64,000 nt of DNA from Centroscyllium fabricii (Eukaryota). The stretch is from NCBI GenBank assembly GCA_051313645.2, contig JBNRSN020000001.1:571764001-571828000 (forward strand), read 5' to 3'. Positions 23,905 to 37,356 of this stretch are shown in pieces (the stretch's first letter is position 1; each line of letters opens with the position of its first letter). The translations under genes were made by a program, and so were the position numbers. The notes under the pieces are model-generated. The model was not told where the DNA came from, searched no databases, and worked only from the letters and a program-made list of their open reading frames with translations.

Positions 23905-24480
23905 GTGGAGGGAGAGGGGAGGGAGAGGGGAGGGAGAGGAGAGGGAGAGGGGAGGGAGAGGGGAGGGAGAGGGGAGGGAGAGGAGAGGCAAGGGGAGAGG
24001 AGTGGAGAGGTTGGGTGTAGAGGGGAGAGGAGAGGAGAGGNNNNNNNNNNNNNNNNNNNNNNNNNNNNNNNNNNNNNNNNNNNNNNNNNNNNNNNNNNNN
24101 NNNNNNNNNNNNNNNNNNNNNNNNNNNNNNNNNNNNNNNNNNNNNNNNNNNNNNNNNNNNNNNNNNNNNNNNNNNNNNNNNNAGCAGAGGAGAGCAGAGG
24201 TGAGGTGAGGCAAGGGGAGAGGAGTGGAGAGGTTGGGAGTGGAGGGGAGAGGAGGAGAGCGAGGAGAGAAATGTAGAGGAGAGGTAAAGAGAGGTGAGGG
24301 GAGAGGAGGAAGCAGGGAGAGGAGGTGAGAAGGGAGATCAGGAGAAGGGAGAAAGGGCGAGAGGAGGTGAGAGGAGGGGAAGGGAGGGAGAGGGGCAAGG
24401 AGGGGAGAGGAGGGAGAGGGGAGGGAGAGGGGAGCAAGCGGGGAGAGCAGGAGAGGGGAGGGAGAGGAAGGGGAGGGGGG
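23905..24480. repeat. GA-rich low-complexity repeat containing an assembly gap (N at 24041-24182)
   Basis: (GGAGA/GGGAG)n; 142 Ns. Confidence 0.9.
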
Positions 24481-25449
24481 AAATAAAAATTGTTGTGGGG
24501 GTAATTAAAAAAACGTGACCAGCAGATCAAGTACCATAAACATCTACAGCACGATCCATAGATAGGCTGTAATTTAAAAGCAATGAAAAGCTATGAAATC
24601 TGCAGTGACTCCATGGGGCTGTTGGCTGCGGATCCCATCTTCCACCCTATGAGTTACAGCTGACCTTTAGGAATATAAATTTACACCTTTCTGAAAATTT
24701 TTGTCAACGTGGCTAAGAATGATGGCTTTCCTCTTCAGAAACCGAACTCTCAGGCTATAAATTGTCTCTGTTATTAGTCATTCCCAACAGTGCAGTCTTC
24801 CCCTTCACTGTGGAATATATTCCGTACATGTTCCCAGTACAACTGCTGAGCAAAGGTCAGATTTATTACCTGTTTCATGGAATCCCTCATCCACCAGAGG
24901 GCTGAGGTCTACAGCAGAGCTACAGTACTTTAACTGTGAAAACAGCATGTTTAATCATATCTAATACGTACATAACTCCAATGCAAATTGAACCCCAAAC
25001 CTGCGACCTCTACCACTTGACGGACAAGGGCAGCAGGCGTATGGGAACATCACCGCCTCCAAGTTCCCCTCCAAGTCACACGCCATCCCGACTTGGACAC
25101 GTATCACCGTGCCTTCATGGTCGCTGGGTGAAAGCTAACCTTACATACAAGTCAGTACTAAATAAGCATATTTAGATTTAGAATAATTTATGTAGCAGAT
25201 TGCAATCTGTTCTACTTCAGCTACTAACATTAGAATCCTATTTCCTGCTCCATCTGTGGCACCAAACTTGTCAAGGGTTTCACGTGTATTACCTGATAAC
25301 TCTTTTTCATCAGTGTTCGGTGTATTTAAGTGAGAGTAAATTAAAAGGGTGGGGCGAGTGAAAGATTAATGGGAAAAAAAGGTAAGGTGAACGGGTGACA
25401 CTGGTCACTTGTAATAGTAGCACTGAAAAAAGTGAAAGAGATAAGAAAG

Positions 25450-25745
25450 ACGAGCATTTACATAGCGCCTTTCATAAACTCATGTCACAAAGTGCTTTAC
25501 AGCCAATGAAGTGCAGTCACTGTTACAATGTAGGCAACCCGGCAGCCAATTTGCACACAGCAAGCTCCCATAAGCAGCAGTGAGATAGTGAGCAGATCAT
25601 CTGTTTTAGTGATGTTGGTTGAGGGATAAATATTGGACAGGACACCGGGGAGAACTCCCCTGCTCTTCTTCGAAATAATGCCATGTGATCTTTTACATCC
25701 ACCTGAGAGGGCAGGTGGAGCCTTGGTTTAACGTCTCATCCAAAA
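25450..25745 (-). mobile_element. DeuSINE 3' half
   Basis: Reverse complement of the Deu core and tail. Confidence 0.75.
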
Positions 25746-25874
25746 GATGGATAATTAGGTGACTTTCACTTTACTCTGATTGTCTGGGTTAGTCCAGGTG
25801 GCAGGAATGGTTTTTTTAAACTCAATCCCTACTGACAGAAATAAGAATGTAATTCTTTGACTAGTTAATTTCTA

Positions 25875-27710
25875 GACAGATGGAATTGAAAAGCAGTGAA
25901 TTTATGTTAAACTTGATTCGAACTTTGGTTAGACCACACTTGGAGTACTGTACACAGTTCTGGTCTCCATATTATAAAAAGGATATAGAATGTAGGATTC
26001 TCAAAATACCCATACCCCTCGCAGTTAATAATAATAAAAACCCGTACGAAGAAAAGGACTTCCAGCAAAAGGCTGCGAGTTTTAAAACAGACAACAGGCC
26101 CATGGACAAGGTCAAGGGGCATGGAATGTGACTTACCCGAAACCAGAGAGCCAGCCTTGCATACTAGACAGATGGCACGGGAGTTCAATACACTTCCAAA
26201 CAAACAGGATCTGGAGATGATTTGATCTCACAAACTTGATAATGATTAAGGCTGGTGCATAAATAAGCACCGCTCGTTAATTTGGCCATTAAGGCAGAAA
26301 CCGGTAACTAAAACTTTTGCATAACTAAAACTTTCAAACTTCAGAACAATCAAACATCGATACTGGATAGTTGACACCTCCCAGAACAAAGCACCCTAAA
26401 TGACAGGGCCATCAAGGGAGGGGGCCAGCATCCTGAAACTCGTTAAACTTAATGGCCATAATCACCTTTGCAAGCTCGCCAAAATTGTGACAATAGTTTT
26501 CATTTGATTTGGCGGGTGGATAAGAGGTACACAATTTGTATAATTATCTGAGCCAAACACAGGCACAGACAGGAGATTCAGAACACACAAGAAGGCAGAA
26601 TGCAACAAGAAGTCGGTGAAGCATCTGGTCAGGAGGAAAAGCAGCACCAACAACTCAGAAGACAAGGAAACGAAACCCGAAGTCCCTGTACGAAGTTTAA
26701 AGGGCTGGGTAAAAGACAGTACTCTCTCCGAGCAAAACAGCAACGAGAAATCGATCAGCAACAGGTATCGCGCAGTTCCTGAGGGAGAGCGACCACGTGA
26801 CAACGGCAGACCCCTAAGGACACAAAGAAGCAAACTCCAAACTCGCAACTGCAGTGGCAGCACTTTGGCTTAGTAAGCATGAATCCCTGAGTTCTTATAG
26901 TCAAACCTTGTTAGGTAATAGGGGAATAAATTTAATTGTAATTTTTCCCTCTATGTGCCGTATATTTCCCCATTCCCAGTTATTGTATTTTGTTTTATAA
27001 GTTTAGTCCTGTATGTTAACTTGTCATAATTCTCTCTCTGTCATAAAATTTGTGGTGATTTTGTAATAAAAGCAGTTTTCTTGCACTGAACCTGTTGTCC
27101 GTTCCATTTGTGTATCGCAAACCTGCTCCTAAGTCCAGTGCCTAGAACCTCAGGGGCGTGGGAGCGATTTGAACCACTCAAGGTAGTCACAGGCAAGGTT
27201 CACCCCCACAGGCCACCCCCTACAAGAGGCATTGGCGAAAGTGCAAAAACGATTCACAAGGATGATACCAGAACTGAGAGGATATAGTTATTGGGAAAGG
27301 CTGAACCGGTTGGGGTTCTAGAAAAGAGAAGGCTGAGGGGTGACCTGATAAGAGGTGTTTAAAATTCTGAAAGATTTTGATAGGGTAGATGTAGAGAAAA
27401 TGTTTCCACTTGTGGGGGAGACCAAAACCAGAGGTCATAAATATAAGATAGTCATTAATAAATCAAATAGGGAATTCAGGAAAAACTTCTTTACCCAGAG
27501 AGTGGTTGGAATGTGGAACTCGCTACCACGGGGAGTAGTTGAGGTGATTAAGAGGAAGCTAGCTAAGTCCAGGAGGGAGCAAGGAATAGAAAGTTAAGCT
27601 CATAGCTGAAGAGGGGTGGGAGGACGCTCGTGCGGAGCATAAACACCAGCGTAAATCAGTGGGGCCGACTGGCCTGTTTCTGTGCTGTACATTCTATGTA
27701 ACTCGATGTA
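25875..27710 (+). mobile_element. CR1 LINE 3' fragment split by a solo LTR
   Basis: LVRPHLEYCTQFWSPYYKKDI before 25990 continues after 27224 to FFTQRVVGMWNSLP and the TTCTATG tail. Confidence 0.85.
25991..27224 (+). mobile_element. Large solo LTR (1234 bp)
   Basis: TGTAGG...CCTACA termini, TSD AGAA/AGAG, AATAAA near 27065, cleanly interrupts the CR1 ORF. Confidence 0.75.
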
Positions 27711-28069
27711 ATAGCATATTAAGCTGAGTACTGTTATAGGGAATAGGTTCGAATGTATACTTAGCCAGACTTGCACATGACAGAAATGAAAGGTGTCATA
27801 TAATCATAAAATAAAGAACATATTCGTGAAAAAGGGAGGGCAGTGTTTGATGGTGTCTGGAATCTTTCTGCCTGTGCACCTTTTGATAACTTTTGTTAAC
27901 CAGTTTGAAGCCATTTTCAGCAAAAGCCCAAATTGTAAAACATCTCCCAGCAACGCTTGCAGAAAAAAAGGACTTGCACTGAACTAGCAGCACACATGAG
28001 CTGAGGACATCCCAAAGTGCTTCTCAGCCAATGACATACTTTTGAAGCGTAGTCACTGTTTTAATGTAG

Positions 28070-29548
28070 TAGCTGTTCCAGTACAGCTACAACACTGGCA
28101 TCTACCCAGCAATGTGGAAAATTGCCCAAGTATGTCCTGTCTACAAAAAGCAGGACAAATCCGACCCGGCCAATTACCGTCCCATCAGTCTACTCTCAAT
28201 CATCAGCAAAGTGATGGAAGGTGTCGTCGACAGTGTTATCAAGCGGCACTTACTCAGCAATAACCTGCTAACTGATGCCCAGTTTGGGTTCCGCCAGGGC
28301 CACTCAGCTCCTGACCTCATCACAGCCTTGGTCCAAACATGGACAAAAGAGCTGAATTCCAGAGGTGAGGTGAGAGTGACTGCCCTTGACATCAAGGCAG
28401 CATTTGATCGAGTGTGGCATCAAGGAGCCCTGGCAAAGCTGAAGTCAATGGGAATCAAGGGGAAAACTCTCCATTGGTTGGAATCATACCTAGCACAAAG
28501 GAAGTTGGCTGTGGTTGTTGGAGGTCATTCATCTCAACCACAGGACATCACTGCAGGAGTTCCTCAGGGCAGTGTCCTAGGCCCAACCATCTTCAGCTGT
28601 TTCATCAATGACCTTCCCTCCATCATAAGGTCAGAAGTGGGGATGTTCGCTGATGATTGCACACTGTTCAGCACCATTCAAGACTCGTCAGATACTGACG
28701 CAGTCCATGTCCATATGCAGCAAGACCTGGACAACATTCAGACTTGGGCTGACAAGTGGCAAGTAACATTCGCACCACACAAGTGCCAGGCAATGACCAT
28801 CTCCAACAAGCGAGAGTCTAACCATCTCCCCTTGACATTCAATGGCATTATCATCGCTGAATCCCCCACTATCAACATCCTGGGGGTTACCATTGATCGG
28901 AAACTGAACTGGACCAGCCATATAAATACTGTGGCTACAAGAGCAGGCCAGAGGCTGGGAATTCTGCGGCGAGTGTCTCACCTCCTGACTCCCCAAAGCC
29001 TTTCCACCATCTACAAGGAACAAGTCAGGAGTGTGATGGAATACTCTCCACTTGCCTGGATGAGTGCAGCTCCAACAACACTCAAGAAGCTTGACACCAT
29101 TCAGGATAAAGCAGGCCGCTTGATTGGCACTCCATCCACCACCTTCAACATTCACTCCCTCCACCACCGGCGCACTGTGGCTGCAGTGTGTACCATCTAC
29201 AAGATGCACTGCAGCAACTCGCCAAAGCTCCTTCAACAGCACCTTCCAAACCCGCGACCTCTACCACTTAGAAGGACAAGGGCAGCAGACGCATGGGAAC
29301 AGCACCACCTACAAGTTCCCCTCCAAGCTGACTTGGACCTGTATCGCCGCTCCTTCACTGACGCTGGGCCAAAATCCTGGAACTCCCTTCCTAACAACAT
29401 TGTGGGTGTACCTACACCATACGGACTGCAGTGGTTCAAGAAGGCGGCTCACCACCATCTTCTCAAGGGCAATTAGGGATGGGCACTAAATGCAGGCCTA
29501 GCCAGCCAGCGACGCCCACATCCCATCAATGAATTTAAAAAAAAAAAA
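28070..29548 (+). mobile_element. CR1/L2-group LINE, 5'-truncated, RT ORF 28112-29476 with poly(A) tail
   Basis: NYRPISLLS, QFGFR, LDIKAAFD, GVPQGSVLGP, FADD motifs; A-run at ~29537-29548. Confidence 0.92.
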
Positions 29549-30002
29549 TGTTTTAATGTGGCCGCCAATTTGCACACAGCAAAGTCCAACAAAGAGCCAT
29601 GAAATAAATGAACAGTCCATTTGCTTTAGTGGGGATGTTTGAGGAATAAATATTAGCCAGGACACCAGAGAGAATTTTGCTGCTCTTCTTAAAAAAGTGC
29701 CATGGGATATTTTATATCATCCTGAACAGGCAAATGTCTCATCTGAAAGATGGCGACCAGGGATGGGCAATAAACGCCGGCCTTTGTCAGCGACGCTCGC
29801 ATCAAAAACAACAACAGCTTGCATTTATATAGCGCCTTTAATGTAGTAAAACGGCCCATGGCGTTATCAAATGAAATTTCATACCAAGCCACAAAGGAGC
29901 TATTAGGACTGGTAACCATTAGCTTGGTCAAAGAGGCAGGTTTTAAGGAGAGTCGTAAAGGAGAAGAGACAGGTAGAGTCCCAAGAATCAATAAAAGTAT
30001 AT

Positions 30003-30736
30003 GGGGGAGAAATTCATTCTCACCCCGTTTGGGAGCGGTAACTTTTGGAAACTGGGAAACCTAGCGGCAGGCGCTAATCATTCCCAGTTTTCACAAAATT
30101 GGGTTTCACGCACCAGGAAGGAAGTGGAACACTAAATCAAGCACCCCACTTCCTTCCTGCAGCGCTAAAGGATGCAAGCGGGGCGGTAGTGGTGCAGCGC
30201 TGCACAATGTCCCGTGCAGCACTGTCGTGTTCCGAGGCTGCTTCCCTCCCTTAAAGGGAAGGGCCATCGCTGCAGGCTCTGTATTGGGACCGGTTAGCTG
30301 GTCCCCGATGGCAGCCGCCATCTGGCCCGATCAGCCCCATGCAATCAACGGAGTGCCGGGCTGGTCGATCGCGGCCAGGGAGAGCTGAAAATAAAGTTGA
30401 GCAAAAACATTTCAGCAATTTATGTACTTACCTTGGCAACCTCCCCTTTAACATCCGCCCCTGAAGCGCCCGGCCTCCCGATCAACGCCTCCTGAAGCTG
30501 ATGGTGTCATCGCCCAGCGATGCTGCAGGGGGCGGAACCGAAATTCGGGTCTGGGGCGTGACCGGGGCGATGCACATGGCAATGTCGTGGCACGAAGTCT
30601 TACCACCTCTGCAAACCTCTCACCGAAGTTCACGGGAGTCGTTCATCTCACCGCGCCCGGGCGGAAAGTCGTTGGAGCGCTGTCATCGCACCCAACGGTG
30701 CTAACGGGAGGCACTAACCCACCGCATTTCTCCCCC
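30003..30736. mobile_element. Harbinger-like MITE
   Basis: TIR GGGGGAGAAAT/ATTTCTCCCCC within a TA-rich target. Confidence 0.7.
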
Positions 30737-31009
30737 ATATATGTATATATCTTATTCAGCGCTGTTGTTGAGAACTTTTTTTGCTTGAGGCTTTAGATTT
30801 TCATCACCCAACACTGAAATAATTTGATTTATTGAACAGACAGCTAAAGCTACTGAAGCAGAATTTGTTTTCATTCACGACCCTATCAGATTGACTGAAT
30901 TGTTCGCTGCCGCATTGACTGTTCAGCCATGAAAAAAAATAATTCCACACCTATTTGGCTACAGAGACCATGTTGGAATGATAATCTGACCTGTGTTATG
31001 ATTGTGTGG

Positions 31010-32100
31010 AACTGGATGGGCAGAAGATGCTGAGTAGTTAACAACTCGTCGTTTTCCGAGTGGTGGGCAGTGACTAGTGGGGTACCGCAAGGACCGGTCC
31101 TAGGACCCCAGCTGTTCACAATATATATTAATGATCTTGACGAGGGAATTGGATGTAATATCTCCAAATTTGCAGACGACACAAAGCTTGGTGGAAGGGT
31201 ATGCTGTGAGAAGGTTGTCGTGAAACTCCAATGCGATTTGGACAGGTTAGGTGATTGGGCAGATACATGGCAAATGCACTATAATGTGGATAAATGTGAG
31301 GTTATCCACTTTGGTGGCAAAAACAGGAGGGCAGATTATTATTTGAATGGCAACAGATTGGGAGATGGGGAAGTGCAAAGAGACCTGGGTGTTCTTGTGC
31401 ACCAGTCACTGAAGGTAAGCATGCAGGTGCAACGGGCCATTAAGAAGGCAAATGGTATGTTGGACTTCATAGCAAGAGGGTTCGAATATAAAAACAAGGA
31501 TGTCTTGCTGCAGCTCTATAGGACCTTGGTGAAACCACACCTCGAGTATTGTGTGCAGTTTTGGTCACCTCATCTGAGGAAGGACATTCTTGCCATTGGA
31601 GGAGTGCAGCGAAGATTCACCAGGCTGATACCTGGGATGGCAGGAATGACGTATGGGGAGAGATTGAGTCGATTGGGCTTATACTCGCTGGAGTTTAGAC
31701 GATTGAGAGGGGATCTCATCAAAACCTATTAAAAAAATTCAGGCCTGGACAGACTGGATGCAGGAAGGATGTTTCCGATGGTCGGGGAGTCCAGAACCAT
31801 TGGCCATAGTCTAAGGATAAGGGGAAAGCCATTTAGGACTGAGATGAAGGGGAATTTCTTCACCCAGAGAGTGGTGAACCTGTGGAATTCTCTGCCACAG
31901 AGGGCGGTGGAGGCCGGTTCATTAAATATATTCAAGAAGGAGTTGGATATATTTCTTCAGGCTGAAGGGATCAAGGGATATGGGGAGAAGGCAGGGACAG
32001 TGTACTGAATCTGAAAGATCAGTCATGATCTAATTGAATGGCGGAGCAGGCTCGAAGGGCCGAATGGCCTACTCCTGCTCCTATCTTCTATGTTTCTATG
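31010..32100 (+). mobile_element. CR1 LINE, 5'-truncated
   Basis: GVPQGPVLGP, FADD, LEYCVQFWSP, FFTQRVVNLWNSLP; tail TTCTATGTTTCTATG. Confidence 0.92.
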
Positions 32101-32602
32101 TAACTTACTTCACCTACTGCCTTTGGAAGGGATCTGTAAATGAATAACTTTGCTCAATGGAACCTAGACTGGAGGTGACCACCTCAGCTCGAGAGAAAGA
32201 GTGAACTGCAAAGAAATGCTGGAAATCCGAAACAAAAAACAGAAAATGCCGGAAACACAGTCAGCAGGTCAGACAGTGTCTTGTGGACAGAGATAAGTCA
32301 ACATTTCAAGTCTAGGTCCTTCGTTTCAACTGAAAGATATTGGAACAAAGAAAAGGGGAGGGGGGGGAAATTCAACTCTCTCTTACCCGAGATAGGAAAC
32401 AGAAGGGTCTGTGAAGTGTTTAAGTGGTAAACAAGAGATGGTTAAATGGCTGAAGTGAAGAAATCTGCAACATTGGCAGCCTGGACAGTGACCAAATGCT
32501 TGGACAAAAAGGTGGGTTTTAAGGAGGTGAGGCAAATGGAGAGACAGAGGGGCTTAGGGAGGGAAATCCAGAGAGAGGGACTGTGGTAAACCACTGTATA
32601 TA

Positions 32603-35600
32603 TGTGGTAACCGTTATATATGTACTCTTTTACCACCTCAATATTGTTGCCAATATTGTATTGCATGTATAGCGGCCGGGTGCATAATACACTACCTTGT
32701 ATTGCGACACTGTCGCGGGGTCAGGTCAGCCACACCTCTAACTCCTCCCCTCAGGTGAGTGCCTTATAGGTGGGGACTGACCTGCCCCCATTCATTCTGT
32801 ACCTGATGTTCGATCGGAGCGTAGCTCCTTTGTAAGCTAATAAAAGCCTCTAGTTAAGGTAACTACGCGTCTTTAGTTTTATTAAGACTATTGACGATAC
32901 GTCAATTTTATTAGCTTAAAAATTTGAAATGGAGAGCGGCGCTGTAAAACCCGAGAAGCTGGACATTAGTCCACAGGACCCAGCCGCCGCCAACACCTTC
33001 GAACACTGGTTCGGCCTCGTCGAGGCCTACATGGACGCCACCAAGGCTACAACGGATGCGAACAAACTACATGTTCTCCGGTCCAGGATCTCCAGCCGAG
33101 TTTTCTCCTACATCCGCGACGCTACGACGTACACCACAGCTGTGGAGAAATTGAAGAAATGTTACGAGCGCCCGGTCCACTCTGTCTACGCCAGACATGT
33201 GCTCGCGACCAGACCGCAACAATCAAGTGAGTCTAACGAGCAGTTCCTGCTGGCGCTCCAAGCTCTCGCCCGGGCCTGTGACTGCCAACCACGGACGGCA
33301 CAAGAGGAGGCGAACCTCCTCGTCCGGGACGCCTATGTAACCGGACTCAAGTCCGCAGAGGCCTGCCAGCGGCTGCTGGAGAAGGACACTTTAACATTAG
33401 ACGAGGCGATCTCCGTCTCCAACGCCGTGGAGGGCGCACGCTGCAAGCTACAGGCGTACGGCGGCCCAAACCCACACGCTACCTTCAACTCCTGGGCAAC
33501 CCCACAACGGGTCGAGACCCCCACAATGGCAGCGGCAGCTGCGAAGACGCCGGCAGGGAAGAGATGTTACTTCTGCGGCCAGGGACTACACCCACGGGCG
33601 AAATGCCCCGCGAGGACCGCGACCTGCGAGAGGTGCTCGAAAAAGGGACACTATGCCAGGGCCTGCAAATCGGCCCCGGCATCCAGCTCCAGGTACAACA
33701 GCGCAGCCTGCGAAAGCTCCAACACCAGCCCTTGGCCTCAGGTAAGCTGCAGCTGCAGCGCGATACAGCGACGGTCCAGGGGTAGAGTACAAGCGCCCCC
33801 GTCCCCCACCCTGAGGCCCACGGCACGCCAAACTCAGCCACGGCTGGCTATGTGCGACCCCCCAATGCCGGCATCCCGCCCAGCGCGGCCCGCTGTGTGC
33901 GAATCACGGGCACCACCAACCCAGCCACCGCGGCTCGCTGCGTGCGAATCACGGGCACCACCAAACCAGCCACCGCGGCCCGCTGCGTGCGAACCACGGG
34001 CACCGCCACCGCCACCGCGGCCACAGCGACCCGCCACGTGCGACCCCCCGGCGCCGCCATCTTGTCTCCAGCGGCCAGCCATGTGCGACTCCCCGGCGCC
34101 GCCATCTTGTCTTCAACGGCCAGCCATGTGCGACCCCCCGGCGCCGCCATCTTGTCTTCAGCGGCCAGCCATGTGCGAACCACGGGCGCCGCCATCTTGT
34201 GCACGGCCCCGGCCAACGAGGGGCCCCCACACACGCACTTCGGCCTCAGCCACCCTGAAAGCCGATCAGGCTAGGCCGCACACCCTTTCAAACTCAATGA
34301 TGGGGATTAAAGTTAACGGCCATGCCACTAACTGCCTGTTCGACACCGGAAGCACAGAGAGCTTCATCCACCCCGATACAGCGCAGCGCTACGGACTGCA
34401 GATCCTGCCCACGCGCTACCAAGTCTCCCTTGCTTCACAGTCCCACACCGCGGACGTCACCGGCTACTGCTCCGTCACGCTCACAGTTAAGGGCTGCGTG
34501 AACCATAATTTTAAACTGTACATACTCAAACAGTTGTGCTCCCCAGTCTTACTGGGACTGGATTTCCAGTGCCACCTTAAGAGCGTGACAATGGAGTTCG
34601 ACGGGACCCTGCCCCCACTCACCGTCAGTAGCCGGGACAATCCCTTCCTAAAGCGGAGCCCGACCTGCGGCCTTTCCACCCTGAAAGTCGACCCCCCTCA
34701 CTGTTCGCCAACCTCGACCCCAAATGCAAGCCCATTGCTACCAAGAGTCGGCGTTACAGTGCAGGTGATCGGACATTTATCAGGTCGGAGGTCGGGCGTA
34801 TGCTGAAGGAGGGGATAATTGAAGCGAGCACCAGCCCCTGGCGGGCCCAGGTCGTAGTGGTTAAGACTGGCGAGAAACAGCGGATGGTGATCGATTACAG
34901 CCAGACCATTAACCGCTAAACCGGGCTCGACGCCTACCCTCTTCCCCGCATCTCGGATATGGTCAACCAGACCGCCCAGTATAAGGTGTTCTCCACAATT
35001 GACCTTAAGTCGGCGTATCACCAACTCCCGATCCGGAAAGCCGACCGCCCGTACACCGCCTTCGAGGCGAACGGTCAGCTCTACCACTTCCTCCGGGTCC
35101 CCTTCGGCGTGACCAACGGAGTGTCGGTATTCCAGAGGGAGATGGACCGCATGGTTGACCAGAACGGGTTGCAGGCCACCTTCCCCTACCTGGACAACGT
35201 GACCATCTGCGGCCATGAACAGCAGGACCACGATGCCAATCTGGCCAAATTCCTCCACACGGCGAAACGGCTTGATCTCACATACAATAAAGATAAGTGC
35301 GTCTTTTGTACAGATCGGCTCGCCATCCTCGGATACGTGGTGGAAAACGGGGTCCTCGGCCCCGACCCACAGCGTATGCGCCCCTTGCAGCAACTGCCCC
35401 TTCCTCACAACCCCAAAGCCCTGAAGAGATGTCTGGGATTTTTCTCCTATTACGCGCAATGGGTTCCCCAGTTCGCGGATAAGGCCAGACCGCTCCTTAA
35501 GGCTGCCGTCTTCCCCCTCTCGGTAGAAGCCCAAACGGCATTCGCCCGAATCAAGGAAGATATTATCAAGGCGACCATGCACACCGTTGATGAATCCATC

Positions 35601-37356
35601 CCTTTCCAGGTGGAGAGTGATGCTTCGGACTTTGCCCCTGCCGCCACCCTGAATCAGGCAGGCAGGCCCGTAGCGTTTGTCTCCCGCACCCTACAGGGAC
35701 CCGAAACTCGCCACTCTGCAGTGGAAAAGGAGGCCCAGGCCATCGTGGAGGCCGTGCGCTACTGGCGTCATTACCTGGCCGGTAAGCGTTTTACCCTGCT
35801 CACCGACCAACGGTCGGTCGCGTTTATGTTTAATAATAAACAAAAGGGTAAAATCAAGAATGATAAGATCCTGCGGTGGCGGATCGAGCTCTCGACTTAT
35901 GAGTACAACATTCTTTACCGTCCAGGCAAACTCAATGAACCCCCGGACGCACTGTCCAAGGGAACGTGCGCCAGTGCCCAGCTAGACTGGCTGAAGGATC
36001 TCCACGATCGACTCTGCCACCCGGGTGTCACCAGACTCGCCCATTTCGTTAAATCACGTAGCCTCCCCTACTCCATCACGGAGATCAAGGCTATGACCCG
36101 AGAGTGCCCTGTTTGCGCCGAGTGCAAACCCCAATTTTTCCGGCCAGACACGGCGCACCTCATTAAGGCCACCCGCCCCTTTGAACGTCTAAGCGTGGAC
36201 TTCAAAGGCCCCCTCCCCTCCACTGACCGCAACTCGTACTTCCTCACGGTAGTAGACGAGTTCTCCCGCTTCCCCTTCGCCTTCCCCTGCCCAGATATGA
36301 CGAGCGCAACGGTGATCAAACACTTCACCACGCTGTTCGCCATTTTCGGTCCTGAAGTCCAGAGGCCTTCCAGTGTCCCGTTGGCAGGCAGTCCTCCCTG
36401 ATGCGCTGCACTCGATCCGCTCTCTGTTGTGTACGGCCACCAACGCCACACCTCACGATTTACTCTTTTCCTTCCCCAGGAAGTCAACTTCGGGGACAGC
36501 CCTCCCACCATGGCTCACGATGCCGGGGCCGGTCTTGCTTAGAAAGCACGTCCGCGGCCATAAGACCGACCCCCTGGTAGACAAGGTGCAGCTCCCGGAC
36601 GGGCGCGAGGACACCGTCTCCATCAGGGACCTAGCGCCCGCCGGGAGCACCACAGCAGAGCCGTTGGCCGGGCCCCACCACGTCCAGCCACTACATTCGG
36701 CCATCCCCAGCCACTACATCTTGACCACTGGCCGATACATCACCCTCAACCCACCGGAGGCTGGCCACTACTACCGTACGCACCACAGCCCCCGCCACTG
36801 CCAGCTGAGGACCAGGAAACAGACGACCAGCCGCAGGCACAGCAGCAACCGCAGGGCTCGGCCCCACCGCCACCACCAGCACCTACAGTGCCGGCACCAG
36901 CACCGCCGCCACCACCGACACCAGTGCCGACACGGCAGGCACCTGAACCATTAACAGAGACCTGGCGGTCCTCCAGACAGACGCGACCGCCGGATAAACT
37001 CATCCTGAACTGCTCGGTCCATTCACCCCGCCGGACTTAATTTTCAAAGAAGGGGTGAATCTGGTAACCGTTATATATGTACTCTTTTACCACCTCAATA
37101 TTGTTGCCAATATTGTATTGCATGTATAGCGGCCGGGTGCATAATACACTACCTTGTATTGCGACACTGTCGCGGGGTCAGGTCAGCCACACCTCTAACT
37201 CCTCCCCTCAGGTGAGTGCCTTATAGGTGGGGACTGACCTGCCCCCATTCATTCTGTACCTGATGTTCGATCGGAGCGTAGCTCCTTTGTAAGCTAATAA
37301 AAGCCTCTAGTTAAGGTAACTACGCGTCTTTAGTTTTATTAAGACTATTGACGATA
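32603..37356 (+). mobile_element. Gypsy element C (Mag-like), nested in solo LTR D
   Basis: LTRs 32603-32904 and 37060-~37356 (essentially identical; the 3' LTR lacks the final CGTCA), PPT AAAGAAGGGG; no tRNA PBS. Confidence 0.93.
32929..37010 (+). pseudogene. gag-pol: gag-pol of element C (frameshift, stop, integrase core deletion)
   Basis: CYFCGQGLH..C/CERCSKKGHYARAC, LFDTGS, YLDN, ESDASD, HHCC; frameshift near 34695, TAA near 34917, deletion near 36350 removing the SDRG...E region. Confidence 0.9.

Noticed and set aside
23851-24530. ORFs across the GA repeat and N gap
   Set aside because: Low-complexity and gap artefacts.
32798-32830. CTGATG in the C LTR as a hammerhead that could generate the primer
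   Set aside because: Reads CTGATGT, has no matching GAAA, and is not conserved in B or D.
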